DNA of 24,000 bases from Undibacterium umbellatum (GCF_014284125.1 NZ_JACOFX010000013.1:135875-159874); one strand, 5' to 3'. Shown: positions 1 to 9,050, counted from the first letter of the stretch. Notes: generated by a model not told the origin, from the sequence alone. Program-made: numbers and translations.

Positions 1-1129
1 TGATGCGCTCCAGCTGGTTCAGTGCTGTTGTCACCAGACGTGCGCCGGATGCGCCCAATGGATGACCTATCGCTATCGCGCCGCCGTTCGGATTGACATG
101 CGCTGCATCATCCGCCAGACCAAGATTACGTGTGACTGCCAGGCCTTGTGCCGCAAACGCTTCATTAAGTTCTATAACATCCATCTGCGCCAGACTCAGC
201 CCAGTTTGCGCCAGCAGTTTACGTGTTGCCGGTGATGGGCCAAAACCCATGATGCGTGGTGCCAGGCCAGCCGTGGCCATGCCGACGATACGTGCACGTG
301 GTGTCAAGCCATGCTGTTTTACCGCAGCGTCTGACGCCAGCAATAAAGCGCATGCACCGTCATTGACGCCGGATGCATTGCCGGCAGTGACTGTGCCATC
401 TGGTTTGACCACACCTTTCAGGCGGGACAGCATGGCAATGTCGGTATCGGGCCGTGGATGTTCATCGGTTGTGAACAAAATGGCTTCACCCTTCTTTTGC
501 GGGATGCTGACGGGGACGATTTCTCCGGCAAAAAAACCGGCAGCGTTGGCCGCCGCCCAGCGTTGCTGGCTGCGCACAGCAAAGGCATCCTGGTCAGCGC
601 GGTTAATGCCAAATTGTTCGGCAACGTTTTCTGCGGTTTCCGGCATGGAATCGATACCGTATTTTGCCTTCATCAAGGCATTTACAAAACGCCAGCCTAT
701 CGTTGTATCTTCTATCTTTGCCGCACGTGAAAAAGCGCTGTCGGCCTTGGCCATGACAAAGGGAGCGCGCGTCATGCTCTCTACCCCGCCAGCAATGATC
801 AGTGAGGCTTCACCCGACTTGATCGCACGCCCGCCTATACCTATGGCATCCAGACTGGAACCACACAGGCGGTTGATGGTATTGGCTGGCACATCCACTG
901 GCAAACCAGCCAGCAATGCTGCCATCCGGCCTACATTGCGGTTATCTTCACCGGCCTGGTTAGCGCAACCGTAGTACACATCATCTACCATTTTCCAGTC
1001 GACACCAGCATTACGTTCCATCAATGCCCTGATCGGCAAGGCTGCCAGATCATCAGTACGTATGCCAGCCATGGCACCGCCGTAACGGGCGAATGGGGTT
1101 CTGACAGCGTCGCATATCCATGCTTCCAT
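1..1129 (-). CDS. paaJ: 3-oxoadipyl-CoA / 3-oxo-5,6-dehydrosuberyl-CoA thiolase (PaaJ/PcaF type); C-terminus cut by the window edge
   Basis: Absent from the ORF track because it runs off the edge. My translation of the minus strand from the ATG at 1129-1127 gives MEAWICDAVRTPFARYGGAMAGIRTDDLAALPIRALMERNAGVDWKMVDDVYYGCANQAGEDNRNVGRMAALLAGLPVDVPANTINRLCGSSLDAIG... This is a thiolase N-terminus with the acyl-enzyme Cys motif NRLCGSS. The frame stays open to base 2 (376 codons). It lies directly downstream of paaK. The plus-strand ORF 93..974 is its antisense shadow. Confidence 0.9.
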   Translation of the reverse strand, partial: MEAWICDAVRTPFARYGGAMAGIRTDDLAALPIRALMERNAGVDWKMVDDVYYGCANQAGEDNRNVGRMAALLAGLPVDVPANTINRLCGSSLDAIGIGGRAIKSGEASLIIAGGVESMTRAPFVMAKADSAFSRAAKIEDTTIGWRFVNALMKAKYGIDSMPETAENVAEQFGINRADQDAFAVRSQQRWAAANAAGFFAGEIVPVSIPQKKGEAILFTTDEHPRPDTDIAMLSRLKGVVKPDGTVTAGNASGVNDGACALLLASDAAVKQHGLTPRARIVGMATAGLAPRIMGFGPSPATRKLLAQTGLSLAQMDVIELNEAFAAQGLAVTRNLGLADDAAHVNPNGGAIAIGHPLGASGARLVTTALNQLERI

Positions 1130-1166
1130 TTTCTTTCCCTTGTCTCTTATTTTTTGACTGGCTTAC

Positions 1167-2495
1167 TCAAGCCTTTTTACGATTGTCCACCACACGCCTG
1201 GCCTTGCCAACCATGGTGCGCTCTATGCTGTTGGCTGGCAATATGTTGACATGGCAACTGACACCAATAAAGGTTTTTATGTGATGCTCAAGCTGCAGAT
1301 GTAATTGCTTCACATCCTGTTCTGACAAAGTTCCCGACACTTCGGGCCGCAGTTCAGCCACGATATCAAGCTTGTCCATATGACCTTCACGCGTCACCAC
1401 CAGTTGATATTGCGGTGCCAGTTGCGGGTGCTTGAGTATCTGCTCTTCAACCTGTGTCGGGAACAAATTCACACCACGAATGATGAGCATATCGTCAGAG
1501 CGACCTGTGATTTTACCCATGCGGCGCATGGAGCGTGAAGTCGGTGGCAGCAAACGCGTCAGGTCACGGGTACGATAGCGTATGACAGGAAAAGCTTCCT
1601 TGCTCAGCGAGGTGAATACCAGCTCCCCCTCTTCGCCATCTGGCAAGACTTCGCCAGTATCGGGATTGATGATTTCTGGATAAAAATGATCTTCCCAGAT
1701 GACTGGACCATCCTTGCTTTCTATGCATTCGCTGGCGACACCCGGCCCCATGACTTCTGACAAGCCATAGATATCTACTGCATCAATACCGGCACGCGTT
1801 TCGATTTCATTGCGCATGGCATCGGTCCACGGCTCGGCACCGAAGATGCCTATACGCAAGGAGGTGTTGGCGGCATCTATACCCTGGCGAGTCATTTCTT
1901 CTATGATATTGAGCATATAAGAAGGCGTGACCATGATGATGGATGGCTGAAAATCCTGTATCAGTTGCACCTGTTTTTCTGTCTGCCCACCAGACATGGG
2001 GATGACAGTACAACCCAGTCGCTCAGCACCGTAATGCGCACCCAGGCCACCAGTGAACAGCCCATAACCGTAAGAGACTTGCACGATATCTCCGGCACGG
2101 CCACCAGCAGCACGTATCGAACGAGCCACCAGGTCTGCCCAATTATCAATGTCTTTTTGCGTATAACCAACCACCGTCGGTTTGCCCGTGGTACCACTGG
2201 AGGCATGCACCCTGACTACTTTTTCACGTGGCACAGCAAACATGCCGAAAGGATAGTTGTCGCGCAAATCCTTCTTGCCAGTGAAAGGGAATTTCGCCAG
2301 GTCAGCCAGAGTTTTCAAATCATCAGGATGTACGCCCGCCTCATCAAAACTGCTGCGGTAATGCTGGACGTTGTTATACACGTGCTGCAGGGTCCATTTC
2401 AAGCGCTGCAATTGCAGAGCTTGAAGCTCATCCTTGCTTGCCGTTTCTATTGCATCCAGGCCCGTTGCTATTTTTTTGTCTGTGTTGTCTGCCAT
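1167..2495 (-). CDS. paaK: phenylacetate-CoA ligase
   Basis: 442 aa. It has adenylate-forming enzyme motifs (SSGTTGKPT P-loop-like AMP-binding motif, YGLSE) and the length and N-terminus typical of PaaK (ELQALQLQRLKWTLQHVY). The start is an ATG at 2495 with AGGAGA upstream (reverse complement of 2503-2508). It sits within the paa operon. Confidence 0.93.
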   Translation of the reverse strand: MADNTDKKIATGLDAIETASKDELQALQLQRLKWTLQHVYNNVQHYRSSFDEAGVHPDDLKTLADLAKFPFTGKKDLRDNYPFGMFAVPREKVVRVHASSGTTGKPTVVGYTQKDIDNWADLVARSIRAAGGRAGDIVQVSYGYGLFTGGLGAHYGAERLGCTVIPMSGGQTEKQVQLIQDFQPSIIMVTPSYMLNIIEEMTRQGIDAANTSLRIGIFGAEPWTDAMRNEIETRAGIDAVDIYGLSEVMGPGVASECIESKDGPVIWEDHFYPEIINPDTGEVLPDGEEGELVFTSLSKEAFPVIRYRTRDLTRLLPPTSRSMRRMGKITGRSDDMLIIRGVNLFPTQVEEQILKHPQLAPQYQLVVTREGHMDKLDIVAELRPEVSGTLSEQDVKQLHLQLEHHIKTFIGVSCHVNILPANSIERTMVGKARRVVDNRKKA

Positions 2496-2532
2496 GTTTT
2501 TGTCTCCTGCTCACTTATCCTGATAATGGTCT

Positions 2533-3039
2533 CTATGATGGATGGCTATGCACAAGCTCGTTTGAAACTGCGTTTTCTTGTAATACCAGACCGGGCACCA
2601 CTTCTGCATTCAGCCTATGCGACTTGCCGCGAAACAACGCGATTATCTGTCCATGCTGATTAGTCAGACGTGCATCGTAGATACCGGTGCGGCCAGTCAG
2701 AGATTGTTCTGTAGCAGTGGCGGTAATGACGTCGCCTTCGCGCCCTGGTGACAGAAATTCTATACTGCAACCGGCAGCCACTGTCACGTGATTACGGCTA
2801 TTGCAGGCAAAGGCAAAAGCACTGTCGGCAAGTGTGAACAGATAACCGCCGTGACAAGTCTTGTGTCCATTCAGCATATTGGGTTTAATTAACATGCTGA
2901 GTGTGGCAGTACCTTCTGCCACTTGAGCTATCTGCATATCCAGCCCACGTGTTACGGAATCGCTGGCGAACATGGCGGCGGCAGTGAGTTCTGCCATGTG
3001 CTGACTGTCTTTGGCAACTTGCCTGGTTTCTGCACTCAT
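2533..3039 (-). CDS. paaI: hydroxyphenylacetyl-CoA thioesterase, hotdog fold
   Basis: 168 aa. The core NGHKTCHGGYLFTLADSAFAFACNS ... ALFRGKSHRL closely parallels E. coli PaaI as I recall it. ATG start with AAGGAAA upstream. The position between paaG and paaK fits. Confidence 0.88.
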   Translation of the reverse strand: MSAETRQVAKDSQHMAELTAAAMFASDSVTRGLDMQIAQVAEGTATLSMLIKPNMLNGHKTCHGGYLFTLADSAFAFACNSRNHVTVAAGCSIEFLSPGREGDVITATATEQSLTGRTGIYDARLTNQHGQIIALFRGKSHRLNAEVVPGLVLQENAVSNELVHSHPS

Positions 3040-3064
3040 CGACGCTTTCCTTTAGTGAGTCAAT

Positions 3065-3868
3065 TTACCTGCCAACAAATTTTGGTGGACGCTTTTCAAC
3101 AAAGGCTGCCACACCTTCACGATAATCTTCGCTTTGTCCCAACTCACGCATCATATTTGTTTCCAGTGTCAGTTGCTCTTCCAGACTATGCTGTGGGCTG
3201 GCGTAGATTGCCTGTTTGGTGAAGGCCAGACCCTTGGTAGGTGCAGATGCAAAATGTGTGGCCATAGCCATGGCTTCCGTCTGCAACTGATCATCATCTA
3301 CGCATTTCCAGATCAGGCCCCATTGCTCTGCTTGGTCAGCGCTGATTTTGCCACCCAGCATGGCTGCGCCCATCGCTCTGGCAGTCCCCAGTGCGCGTGG
3401 CAGGAAATAAGTGCCGCCAGTATCAGGTATCAAACCCAGCTTGCAAAAGACCTCAACAAAACTGGCAGAACGTGCTGCCAACACGATGTCGCAGGCCAGC
3501 GGCAGATTGGCACCAGCACCTGCGGCAACACCATTCACTGCACAAATGACAGGGATGGGCAAGGCACGCAAGGCCATCACCAACGGTGCATAGTATTTTT
3601 CTACGGATGCTCCCAGGTCAGGTGGCGCATCGTCGGCCGCATTGCCTTCTTTCACGGCACGATCAGATAAATCCTGACCGGCACAAAAGCCGCGCCCGGC
3701 ACCGGTCAAAACCATGACCCGCACCGAAGCATCAGACCGCAATTTTTCTAGTGCATCCTGTATTTCCAGATGCATGGCGACATTGAAACTATTAAGTTTT
3801 TCCGGCCGGTTCAGAGTCAGGTGGGCAATGCCGTCACCGATGTGAAAAAGGATGTGGGAATAGTCCAT
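3065..3868 (-). CDS. paaG: crotonase-family 2-(1,2-epoxy-1,2-dihydrophenyl)acetyl-CoA isomerase
   Basis: 267 aa. Motifs LTGAGRGFCAGQDL, PVICAVNGVAAGAGA and the C-terminal DYREGVAAFVEKRPPKF match the PaaG branch of the enoyl-CoA hydratase/isomerase family better than PaaF. Its ATG (3868-3866) directly abuts the paaE stop codon (3871-3869). Confidence 0.8.
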   Translation of the reverse strand: MDYSHILFHIGDGIAHLTLNRPEKLNSFNVAMHLEIQDALEKLRSDASVRVMVLTGAGRGFCAGQDLSDRAVKEGNAADDAPPDLGASVEKYYAPLVMALRALPIPVICAVNGVAAGAGANLPLACDIVLAARSASFVEVFCKLGLIPDTGGTYFLPRALGTARAMGAAMLGGKISADQAEQWGLIWKCVDDDQLQTEAMAMATHFASAPTKGLAFTKQAIYASPQHSLEEQLTLETNMMRELGQSEDYREGVAAFVEKRPPKFVGR

Positions 3869-4945
3869 TCAATTCTCGCTATCAAAATCCAGGGTCAGCG
3901 TGTCGCTGACCGGAAAGCTCTGGCAGGTCAGCACGAATCCGCGTGCCACTTCGTAATCTTCCAGAGCGTAGTTCCTGTCCATATCGACCTTGCCCTCCAC
4001 AACTTTGGAACGACAGGTAGAGCACACACCGCCCTTGCAGGAATAGCGCATATCATGCCCCAGTTTCAGGGCCGCATCCAGTACCGATTCCTTATCTTTT
4101 TCCATGTCGAAATGGGTGTGGTGTCCATCCATGATTATCGTCACTGCACAAGATGACTTACCCAGCAAAGGCTTGGCGCTGGCGACATGCCGGTGCGCCG
4201 GTATGCTGGCAGCAAACAACTCGACCTTGATCTGCTCCTTGGACATGCCACGCTGTTGTAAGGCGGTACTGACGGCATGCATCATTTCTTCCGGCCCGCA
4301 GATGAAGGCGGCATCCATGTCTTCTATGCGTACCCATTGATCAAACAGGTTGAGACATTTTTCAGCGGTGATGCGGCCATTGAACAAGTCTATATCCTGC
4401 TGTTCGCGACTCATGATGTAAATCAGGTTCAGGCGTTGCAGATAGCTGTCTTTCAGCGCTGCCAGTTCTTCCTTGAACATCACCGTTGATGAAGCGCGAT
4501 TGCCATACACCAAAGTGAATTTGCTGTGCGGCTCTGTCTGCAGCGTAGTCTTAATGATGGACAGCAAAGGCGTGATGCCACTGCCAGCGGCAAATGCCAG
4601 ATAGTGCTTTTCATGCTCAGCAGCCAGCGGCAAATTGAAGTGGCCCATGGCAGGCATGACTTCGACATCCATACCTGGGCGCAAGCTGTCATGCACCCAG
4701 TTGGAAAATGCGCCACCTTGCACGCGCTTGATTGCTACCCGCAATTGCCCATCCTGCACGGCCGAACAAATCGAGTACGAGCGCCTCACATCTTCGCCTG
4801 CAATCTTTGCGCGCAAGGTCAGATGTTGCCCTTCGCGGTAAGCAAACTGCGCTTGCAAATCGGCGGGCACAGCAAAACTCAATACCACTGCATCACGGGT
4901 TTCTGGCCGTATCTGGCTGACTGTCAGCGGGTAAAATTTGCTCAT
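3869..4945 (-). CDS. paaE: 1,2-phenylacetyl-CoA epoxidase reductase subunit (FNR-like domain plus plant-type 2Fe-2S ferredoxin)
   Basis: 358 aa. It has an FAD-binding RSYSI motif, an NAD(P)H-binding GSGITP motif, and a C-terminal CKGGVCSTCRSK...LTCQS cluster (C-x4-C-x2-C-x29-C). AAGGAGA precedes the ATG at 4945. Confidence 0.92.
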   Translation of the reverse strand: MSKFYPLTVSQIRPETRDAVVLSFAVPADLQAQFAYREGQHLTLRAKIAGEDVRRSYSICSAVQDGQLRVAIKRVQGGAFSNWVHDSLRPGMDVEVMPAMGHFNLPLAAEHEKHYLAFAAGSGITPLLSIIKTTLQTEPHSKFTLVYGNRASSTVMFKEELAALKDSYLQRLNLIYIMSREQQDIDLFNGRITAEKCLNLFDQWVRIEDMDAAFICGPEEMMHAVSTALQQRGMSKEQIKVELFAASIPAHRHVASAKPLLGKSSCAVTIIMDGHHTHFDMEKDKESVLDAALKLGHDMRYSCKGGVCSTCRSKVVEGKVDMDRNYALEDYEVARGFVLTCQSFPVSDTLTLDFDSEN

Positions 4946-4978
4946 GTATTGTCGTCTCCTTTTATTTTTATTATTCGC

Positions 4979-5500
4979 TCAATGCGGTTTGAAGTAATCA
5001 AAAGGTTCCAGGCAAGCCCGACATTTATACAACGCCTTGCAGGCAGTTGATCCAAACTGGCTGACCAGTTGTGTATCGACCGAGCCGCACTGAGGGCAAA
5101 CGATGGCTGGCTGTAATTCGCGATAACGCCGTATGGATGATATATCCACTACCTGTTGCTGCGGCGGTGCTATGCCATAGCCACTGAGTTTTTGCTTGCC
5201 AGCTTCTGTCATCCAGTCGGTACTCCAGGCGGGTGACAATTGATACACTATGCTGGGCAGGTTGATACCATGTGAATGTAACACCTTGGTTATCTCTTCA
5301 GCAATCACATCCATGGCCGGGCAGCCAGAGTAAGTGGGGGTAATCGTGATCACGCACTCGTCCCCCTGCCATTCCACTGCACGGATAATGCCGAGGTCCG
5401 TCACGGAAATAACTGGAATTTCAGGGTCACTGACCTCACCCAGCCAGTGCCATATCTGATCCGTACTCGCAGGTGGACCCACTGTTGCCGAGACTACCAT
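4979..5500 (-). CDS. paaD: phenylacetyl-CoA epoxidase accessory/assembly subunit
   Basis: 173 aa. It has a DUF59-like N-terminal region (VSDPEIPVISVTDLGIIR) and a C-terminal Cys pair motif (CPQCGS...CRAC). Its start overlaps the paaC stop by 7 nt, which suggests translational coupling. Confidence 0.88.
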   Translation of the reverse strand: MVVSATVGPPASTDQIWHWLGEVSDPEIPVISVTDLGIIRAVEWQGDECVITITPTYSGCPAMDVIAEEITKVLHSHGINLPSIVYQLSPAWSTDWMTEAGKQKLSGYGIAPPQQQVVDISSIRRYRELQPAIVCPQCGSVDTQLVSQFGSTACKALYKCRACLEPFDYFKPH

Positions 5501-6261
5501 TGCGCCCCCGGATAGGCACGCTGCAAGAACTGCATTTCTGCCAGCAGGTAACCCATGTGCTCAGTGTGCACGCCTTGCTTGCCCCCTTTTTGCATCCAGC
5601 TATTGGCGTCAGGCAGACGCAAAGTGGCGGCATGCATGACGTCGGCCACATGGGTATCCCAAGCGGCTTTCAAGGCTGAAGGCAAAGGGGCGAAACCTGC
5701 AGCCTGCATGGCGACATCAACTTCATCATCCATGAACATTTCGCCAGTGAAAGGCCACAACTCTTCCAGTGCCGTCTGCATCATTTTCCGGCTCAATTCG
5801 GTTCCATCACCAAGACGTACCACCAGGTCGCTGCTGCGACGCAAATGGTAAGTAACTTCTTTCAGGGATTTTTCTGCAATGGCAGCAATCTGCTGATCAG
5901 TGGATTGTTTCAGGGCTTGCAGATAATGGTAATGCCCGGTGTCAAACAAGAATTGCCGCATCAGGGTATCGGCATAAGTTCCATTTAGCTGTTCGAGCAA
6001 TAAGAAATTATGAAAGTCGTGGGCGTCACGCAAAAAAGCCAGGTCGTCTTCGGTACGTCCCTTGCCTTCAAGTTCAGCCGCGTAGGAATACCAAAGTCGT
6101 GCCTGACCTATCAAATCCAGTGCCACATTGGTCAACGCCATATCTTCTTCCAGCGCTGGTCCCTTGCCGCACCATTGCGACAGGCGCTGGCTGAGTACCA
6201 TGACATTATCTGCCAGACGCAAAACATAATCGAATTTGTGATTCAGCATATCCTCTGACAT
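5494..6261 (-). CDS. paaC: 1,2-phenylacetyl-CoA epoxidase subunit C (non-catalytic ferritin-like beta subunit)
   Basis: 255 aa. The helical ferritin-like sequence, size and position between paaB and paaD fit PaaC. GGAGAA lies upstream of the ATG at 6261. Confidence 0.88.
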   Translation of the reverse strand: MSEDMLNHKFDYVLRLADNVMVLSQRLSQWCGKGPALEEDMALTNVALDLIGQARLWYSYAAELEGKGRTEDDLAFLRDAHDFHNFLLLEQLNGTYADTLMRQFLFDTGHYHYLQALKQSTDQQIAAIAEKSLKEVTYHLRRSSDLVVRLGDGTELSRKMMQTALEELWPFTGEMFMDDEVDVAMQAAGFAPLPSALKAAWDTHVADVMHAATLRLPDANSWMQKGGKQGVHTEHMGYLLAEMQFLQRAYPGAQW

Positions 6262-6309
6262 CTCAATTCTCCGGAAATTAGTTGGCCATCAAGTATAGAC
6301 AGGGTTCAA

Positions 6310-6594
6310 TTACAGATTTTTGACTTCATCCGGTATGGGGAAGAAGGTCGGATGGCGGTATACCTTGCTGTTCGATGGTTCAAACAGGGCTTCCTTATCG
6401 CCAGGGCTGCTGGCAAAAATATCGCCAGCCCTTGCCACCCAGATACTGACGCCTTCATTGCGACGTGTGTATACGTCACGCGCGTGGTTGATCGCCATTT
6501 CTGCATCAGGTGCATGCAGACTACCCACATGCTTGTGTGCCAGACCGTGCTGGCTGCGGATGAATACTTCCCACAAGGGCCATTCTTTACTCAT
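6310..6594 (-). CDS. paaB: 1,2-phenylacetyl-CoA epoxidase subunit B
   Basis: 94 aa. The sequence WPLWEVFIRSQHGLAHKHVGSLHAPDAEMA...VYTRRNEG is the highly conserved PaaB signature. AGGAGA lies upstream of the ATG at 6594. Confidence 0.93.
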   Translation of the reverse strand: MSKEWPLWEVFIRSQHGLAHKHVGSLHAPDAEMAINHARDVYTRRNEGVSIWVARAGDIFASSPGDKEALFEPSNSKVYRHPTFFPIPDEVKNL

Positions 6595-6624
6595 GATATG
6601 TCTCCTGCTCTCGTACTTACTTTT

Positions 6625-7614
6625 TTATGCGCTTTTTTTATTTTCTTGCTGCTTGTCTGCGTGTGCCTGTAGCGCATCACGAAACCATGCGCCGTCGTCA
6701 TAGGCTTTGACACGGGTACGCAGGCGTTCACGGTTACAGGGGCCGTTGCCTTTCAAGACCTGGTAAAACTCATCCCAGTTGATTTCACCGAAATCATAAT
6801 GGCCGCGTTCTTCATTCCATTTAATGGCGGGATCAGGCAGTTGCAGACCCAGGTATTCAATCTGCGGCACAGTCTGATCCACCATGCGCTGGCGCAATTC
6901 ATCATTGGAAAAAAGCTTGATACGCCATTGCGCAGATTGCGCGCTATTCACTGATGCCGCATCTGACGGACCAAACATCATCAGCGCCGGCCACCAATAG
7001 CGGTTCAATGCATCTTGCGCCATGGCTTTTTGCTCTGCTGTGCCTCGGCAAAGCGTCATCATGATGTCGTAACCCTGGCGCGCATGGAAGGATTCTTCCT
7101 TGCAAACACGTATCATGGCGCGTGAATACGGGCCGTAAGAGCAGCGACACAAAGGTATCTGGTTGATGATGGCGGAACCATCAACTAGCCAACCTATCGC
7201 CCCCATATCAGCCCAACTCAGGGTCGGATAATTGAAGATGCTAGAATATTTTGCTTTACCAGAATGTAGATCTGCCAGCAGATCATCGCGTGACACACCC
7301 AGGGTTTCGGCAGCGCTGTAAAGATACAGGCCATGTCCAGCTTCATCCTGAATCTTGGCCAGCAAGATGGCTTTGCGTTTTAAGGTAGGTGCGCGGGTGA
7401 CCCAATTTCCTTCGGGCAGTTGACCAACGATTTCGGAATGCGCATGTTGAGAGATTTGCCTGATCAGGGTTTTTCTGTAGGCATCCGGCATCCAGTCTTT
7501 GGCTTCAATACGGATACCAGCATCAATACGTGCCTGAAAAGCACGCTCGGCATCACTCAACTCTTCTGCAGTTTTGAACTTGCTCAAGCCGGTCTCGACT
7601 AATTGTGCATACAT
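6625..7614 (-). CDS. paaA: 1,2-phenylacetyl-CoA epoxidase catalytic subunit A (di-iron oxygenase)
   Basis: The track ORF (6625..7668, 347 aa) starts at a TTG. An internal ATG at 7614-7612 ([10 protein letters not shown]...) is preceded by a perfect AAGGAG (reverse complement of 7621-7626) at 6-nt spacing, giving 330 aa. Di-iron ligand motifs are present (SQHAHSEI..., [17 protein letters not shown]). Confidence 0.9.
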   Translation of the reverse strand: MYAQLVETGLSKFKTAEELSDAERAFQARIDAGIRIEAKDWMPDAYRKTLIRQISQHAHSEIVGQLPEGNWVTRAPTLKRKAILLAKIQDEAGHGLYLYSAAETLGVSRDDLLADLHSGKAKYSSIFNYPTLSWADMGAIGWLVDGSAIINQIPLCRCSYGPYSRAMIRVCKEESFHARQGYDIMMTLCRGTAEQKAMAQDALNRYWWPALMMFGPSDAASVNSAQSAQWRIKLFSNDELRQRMVDQTVPQIEYLGLQLPDPAIKWNEERGHYDFGEINWDEFYQVLKGNGPCNRERLRTRVKAYDDGAWFRDALQAHADKQQENKKSA

Positions 7615-7671
7615 GAAACACTCCTTGGCATCCTGAGGATGCGAACATGGAAGATTGATCTGCCTCAAACA

Positions 7672-7717
7672 ATTATATGATACAGTTTTTATTGATGTTG
7701 AAGTTTTTTTGTATCAT
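7672..7717. promoter_or_regulatory. candidate PaaX operator (TGATAC-N27-GTATCA) overlapping a minus-strand TATAAT -10 box for paaA
   Basis: ATGATACA (7677-7684) and its exact reverse complement TGTATCAT (7710-7717) form an 8-bp inverted repeat. The hexamer cores are 27 nt apart. On the minus strand, a perfect TATAAT (reverse complement of 7672-7677) abuts the left arm, about 58 nt upstream of the paaA ATG. No good -35 box is evident. Confidence 0.55.
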
Positions 7718-7803
7718 TTTAATTTTTGAGGGATATACCCCTTATGAGCCTCACCATAGGTAAAATCTAGACAACTACCAATACTCACACATAAATAAGC
7801 CGC

Positions 7804-8724
7804 ATGCAGACCAGCACTGCCATCCAAGCCTGGATAGACCAGCAACTCACCAATAATCCCCCAAGGGCAAAGTCACTGGTAATGACGGTATTTGGAGATG
7901 CCATTGCCCCGCATGGCGGTACGATATGGCTAGGTAGTTTAATCTCATTAATGAGTCATTTTGGTATTAATGACAGATTAGTACGCACCAGCGTGTTCAG
8001 ACTGGCCGAAGAAGGCTGGCTGGAATCCAGACGGGATGGCCGGCGCAGTAATTATCAACTGGCAACGGCCAGCTATGCCAGGTTCCAGCATGCCTACAAG
8101 CGCGTATATGTGCCACAAACGGGCAAATGGGATCACTACTGGACGCTGGTTATCATGAGTGGTGACGACAACTCCAGCAGCAACAAAGCCAGCCTGAAAA
8201 AAGAACTGCTGTGGGAAGGTTTCCGCATGATCAATGCTGGTGTATTTGCCCATCCGCAGGCAGATACCGCTGCCTTGCAAAATGTGCTTGGACGCAATGG
8301 ATACGCCGGATTATGCACGGTATGCCGCGCCAGCGACCTGGATTTACCAGATGCCCGCCCGTTGCCATCATTAATTTCCAGCCACTGGCAACTGGATGAA
8401 GTGAATATCGCCTACAAGAATTTTATTGCAGAATTCTCGCCACTAAAGAGCCTGGTGCAAGGGCAGTACCTTCCAGAACCTGCGGCTTTTGTCATACGCA
8501 GCCTGCTAATACACAGCTTTCGCCGTACTCAACTGCACGATCCTAACCTGCCAACCAGCCTGCGCCCCGAAGCTTGGCTGGGTGACGAAGCATATCGCCT
8601 TTGTCGCGATTTGTATCGGGCCTGCTTTAAGCCTGCAGAAGATTTGTTGAATCAGGTATTAGATCCAGAGCATAGACAGGATAGCAGCCTGATTTTGCAC
8701 GCAAGATTTGGCGGCATCTTGTGA
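7804..8724 (+). CDS. paaX: phenylacetic acid degradation operon negative regulator (GntR-like winged-helix N-terminus, PaaX C-terminal domain)
   Basis: 306 aa. The N-terminus AKSLVMTVFGDAIAPHGGTIWLGSLISLMSHFGINDRLVRTSVFRLAEEGWLESRRDGRRSNYQLT is the characteristic PaaX signature. The gene is divergent from paaA. Confidence 0.92.
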   Translation: MQTSTAIQAWIDQQLTNNPPRAKSLVMTVFGDAIAPHGGTIWLGSLISLMSHFGINDRLVRTSVFRLAEEGWLESRRDGRRSNYQLATASYARFQHAYKRVYVPQTGKWDHYWTLVIMSGDDNSSSNKASLKKELLWEGFRMINAGVFAHPQADTAALQNVLGRNGYAGLCTVCRASDLDLPDARPLPSLISSHWQLDEVNIAYKNFIAEFSPLKSLVQGQYLPEPAAFVIRSLLIHSFRRTQLHDPNLPTSLRPEAWLGDEAYRLCRDLYRACFKPAEDLLNQVLDPEHRQDSSLILHARFGGIL

Positions 8725-9050
8725 AGGATAAAGGCCAGACATCCTTACTTCGAGATACTTCTGGCAAACGAACATGCCTTCCGGCAATACCCAACTCCAT
8801 ACTGTCTTCACCAAACAAATTCTGGCTGATGCGTCGCATTGAACAAAGCAGCGAGAATACATCGCCACTCCCCACCGGAAAGGTAGGCAAACAGCCGCAC
8901 CACATTGCAACTTCACTCAGGCAAGTATAGACTTTAGATGATATGCAGACAGAACATCAAAGTATTACGAACATAAAATTTACGGTCCCAACATTGTACT
9001 CATCGCCGTTTCGGATGCATGTGCTACGACTTAATTTTAAGCAATGACAA

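Noticed and set aside
93-974. A 293-aa plus-strand ORF, the longest track ORF at the left edge.
   Set aside because: It lies entirely antisense to a clear thiolase reading frame (paaJ) that the track missed because it runs off the edge. Its product is Ala/Arg/Ser/Pro-rich and low in complexity, as is typical of shadow ORFs.
1965-2663. A 232-aa plus-strand ORF spanning the paaK N-terminal region, the paaK-paaI gap and the paaI 3' end.
   Set aside because: It is antisense to two well-supported genes. It has no recognisable motifs and no ribosome-binding site, and it is Cys/His/Phe-rich as expected from reading a coding strand backwards.
4526-5050. A 174-aa plus-strand ORF antisense to paaE and paaD.
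   Set aside because: Shadow ORF with no motifs. It crosses a gene boundary on the opposite strand.
6625-7668. The 347-aa version of paaA starting at 7668.
   Set aside because: That start is a TTG with no ribosome-binding site, and it would run through the proposed promoter and -10 region. The ATG at 7614 has a perfect AAGGAG at 6-nt spacing and gives a typical PaaA N-terminus.
8627-8916. Minus-strand ORFs of 92 and 85 aa in the paaX-acylase spacer.
   Set aside because: They overlap the paaX 3' end, are Cys/Trp-rich with no recognisable fold or motif, and have no ribosome-binding site. The spacer itself is kept as a low-interest finding.
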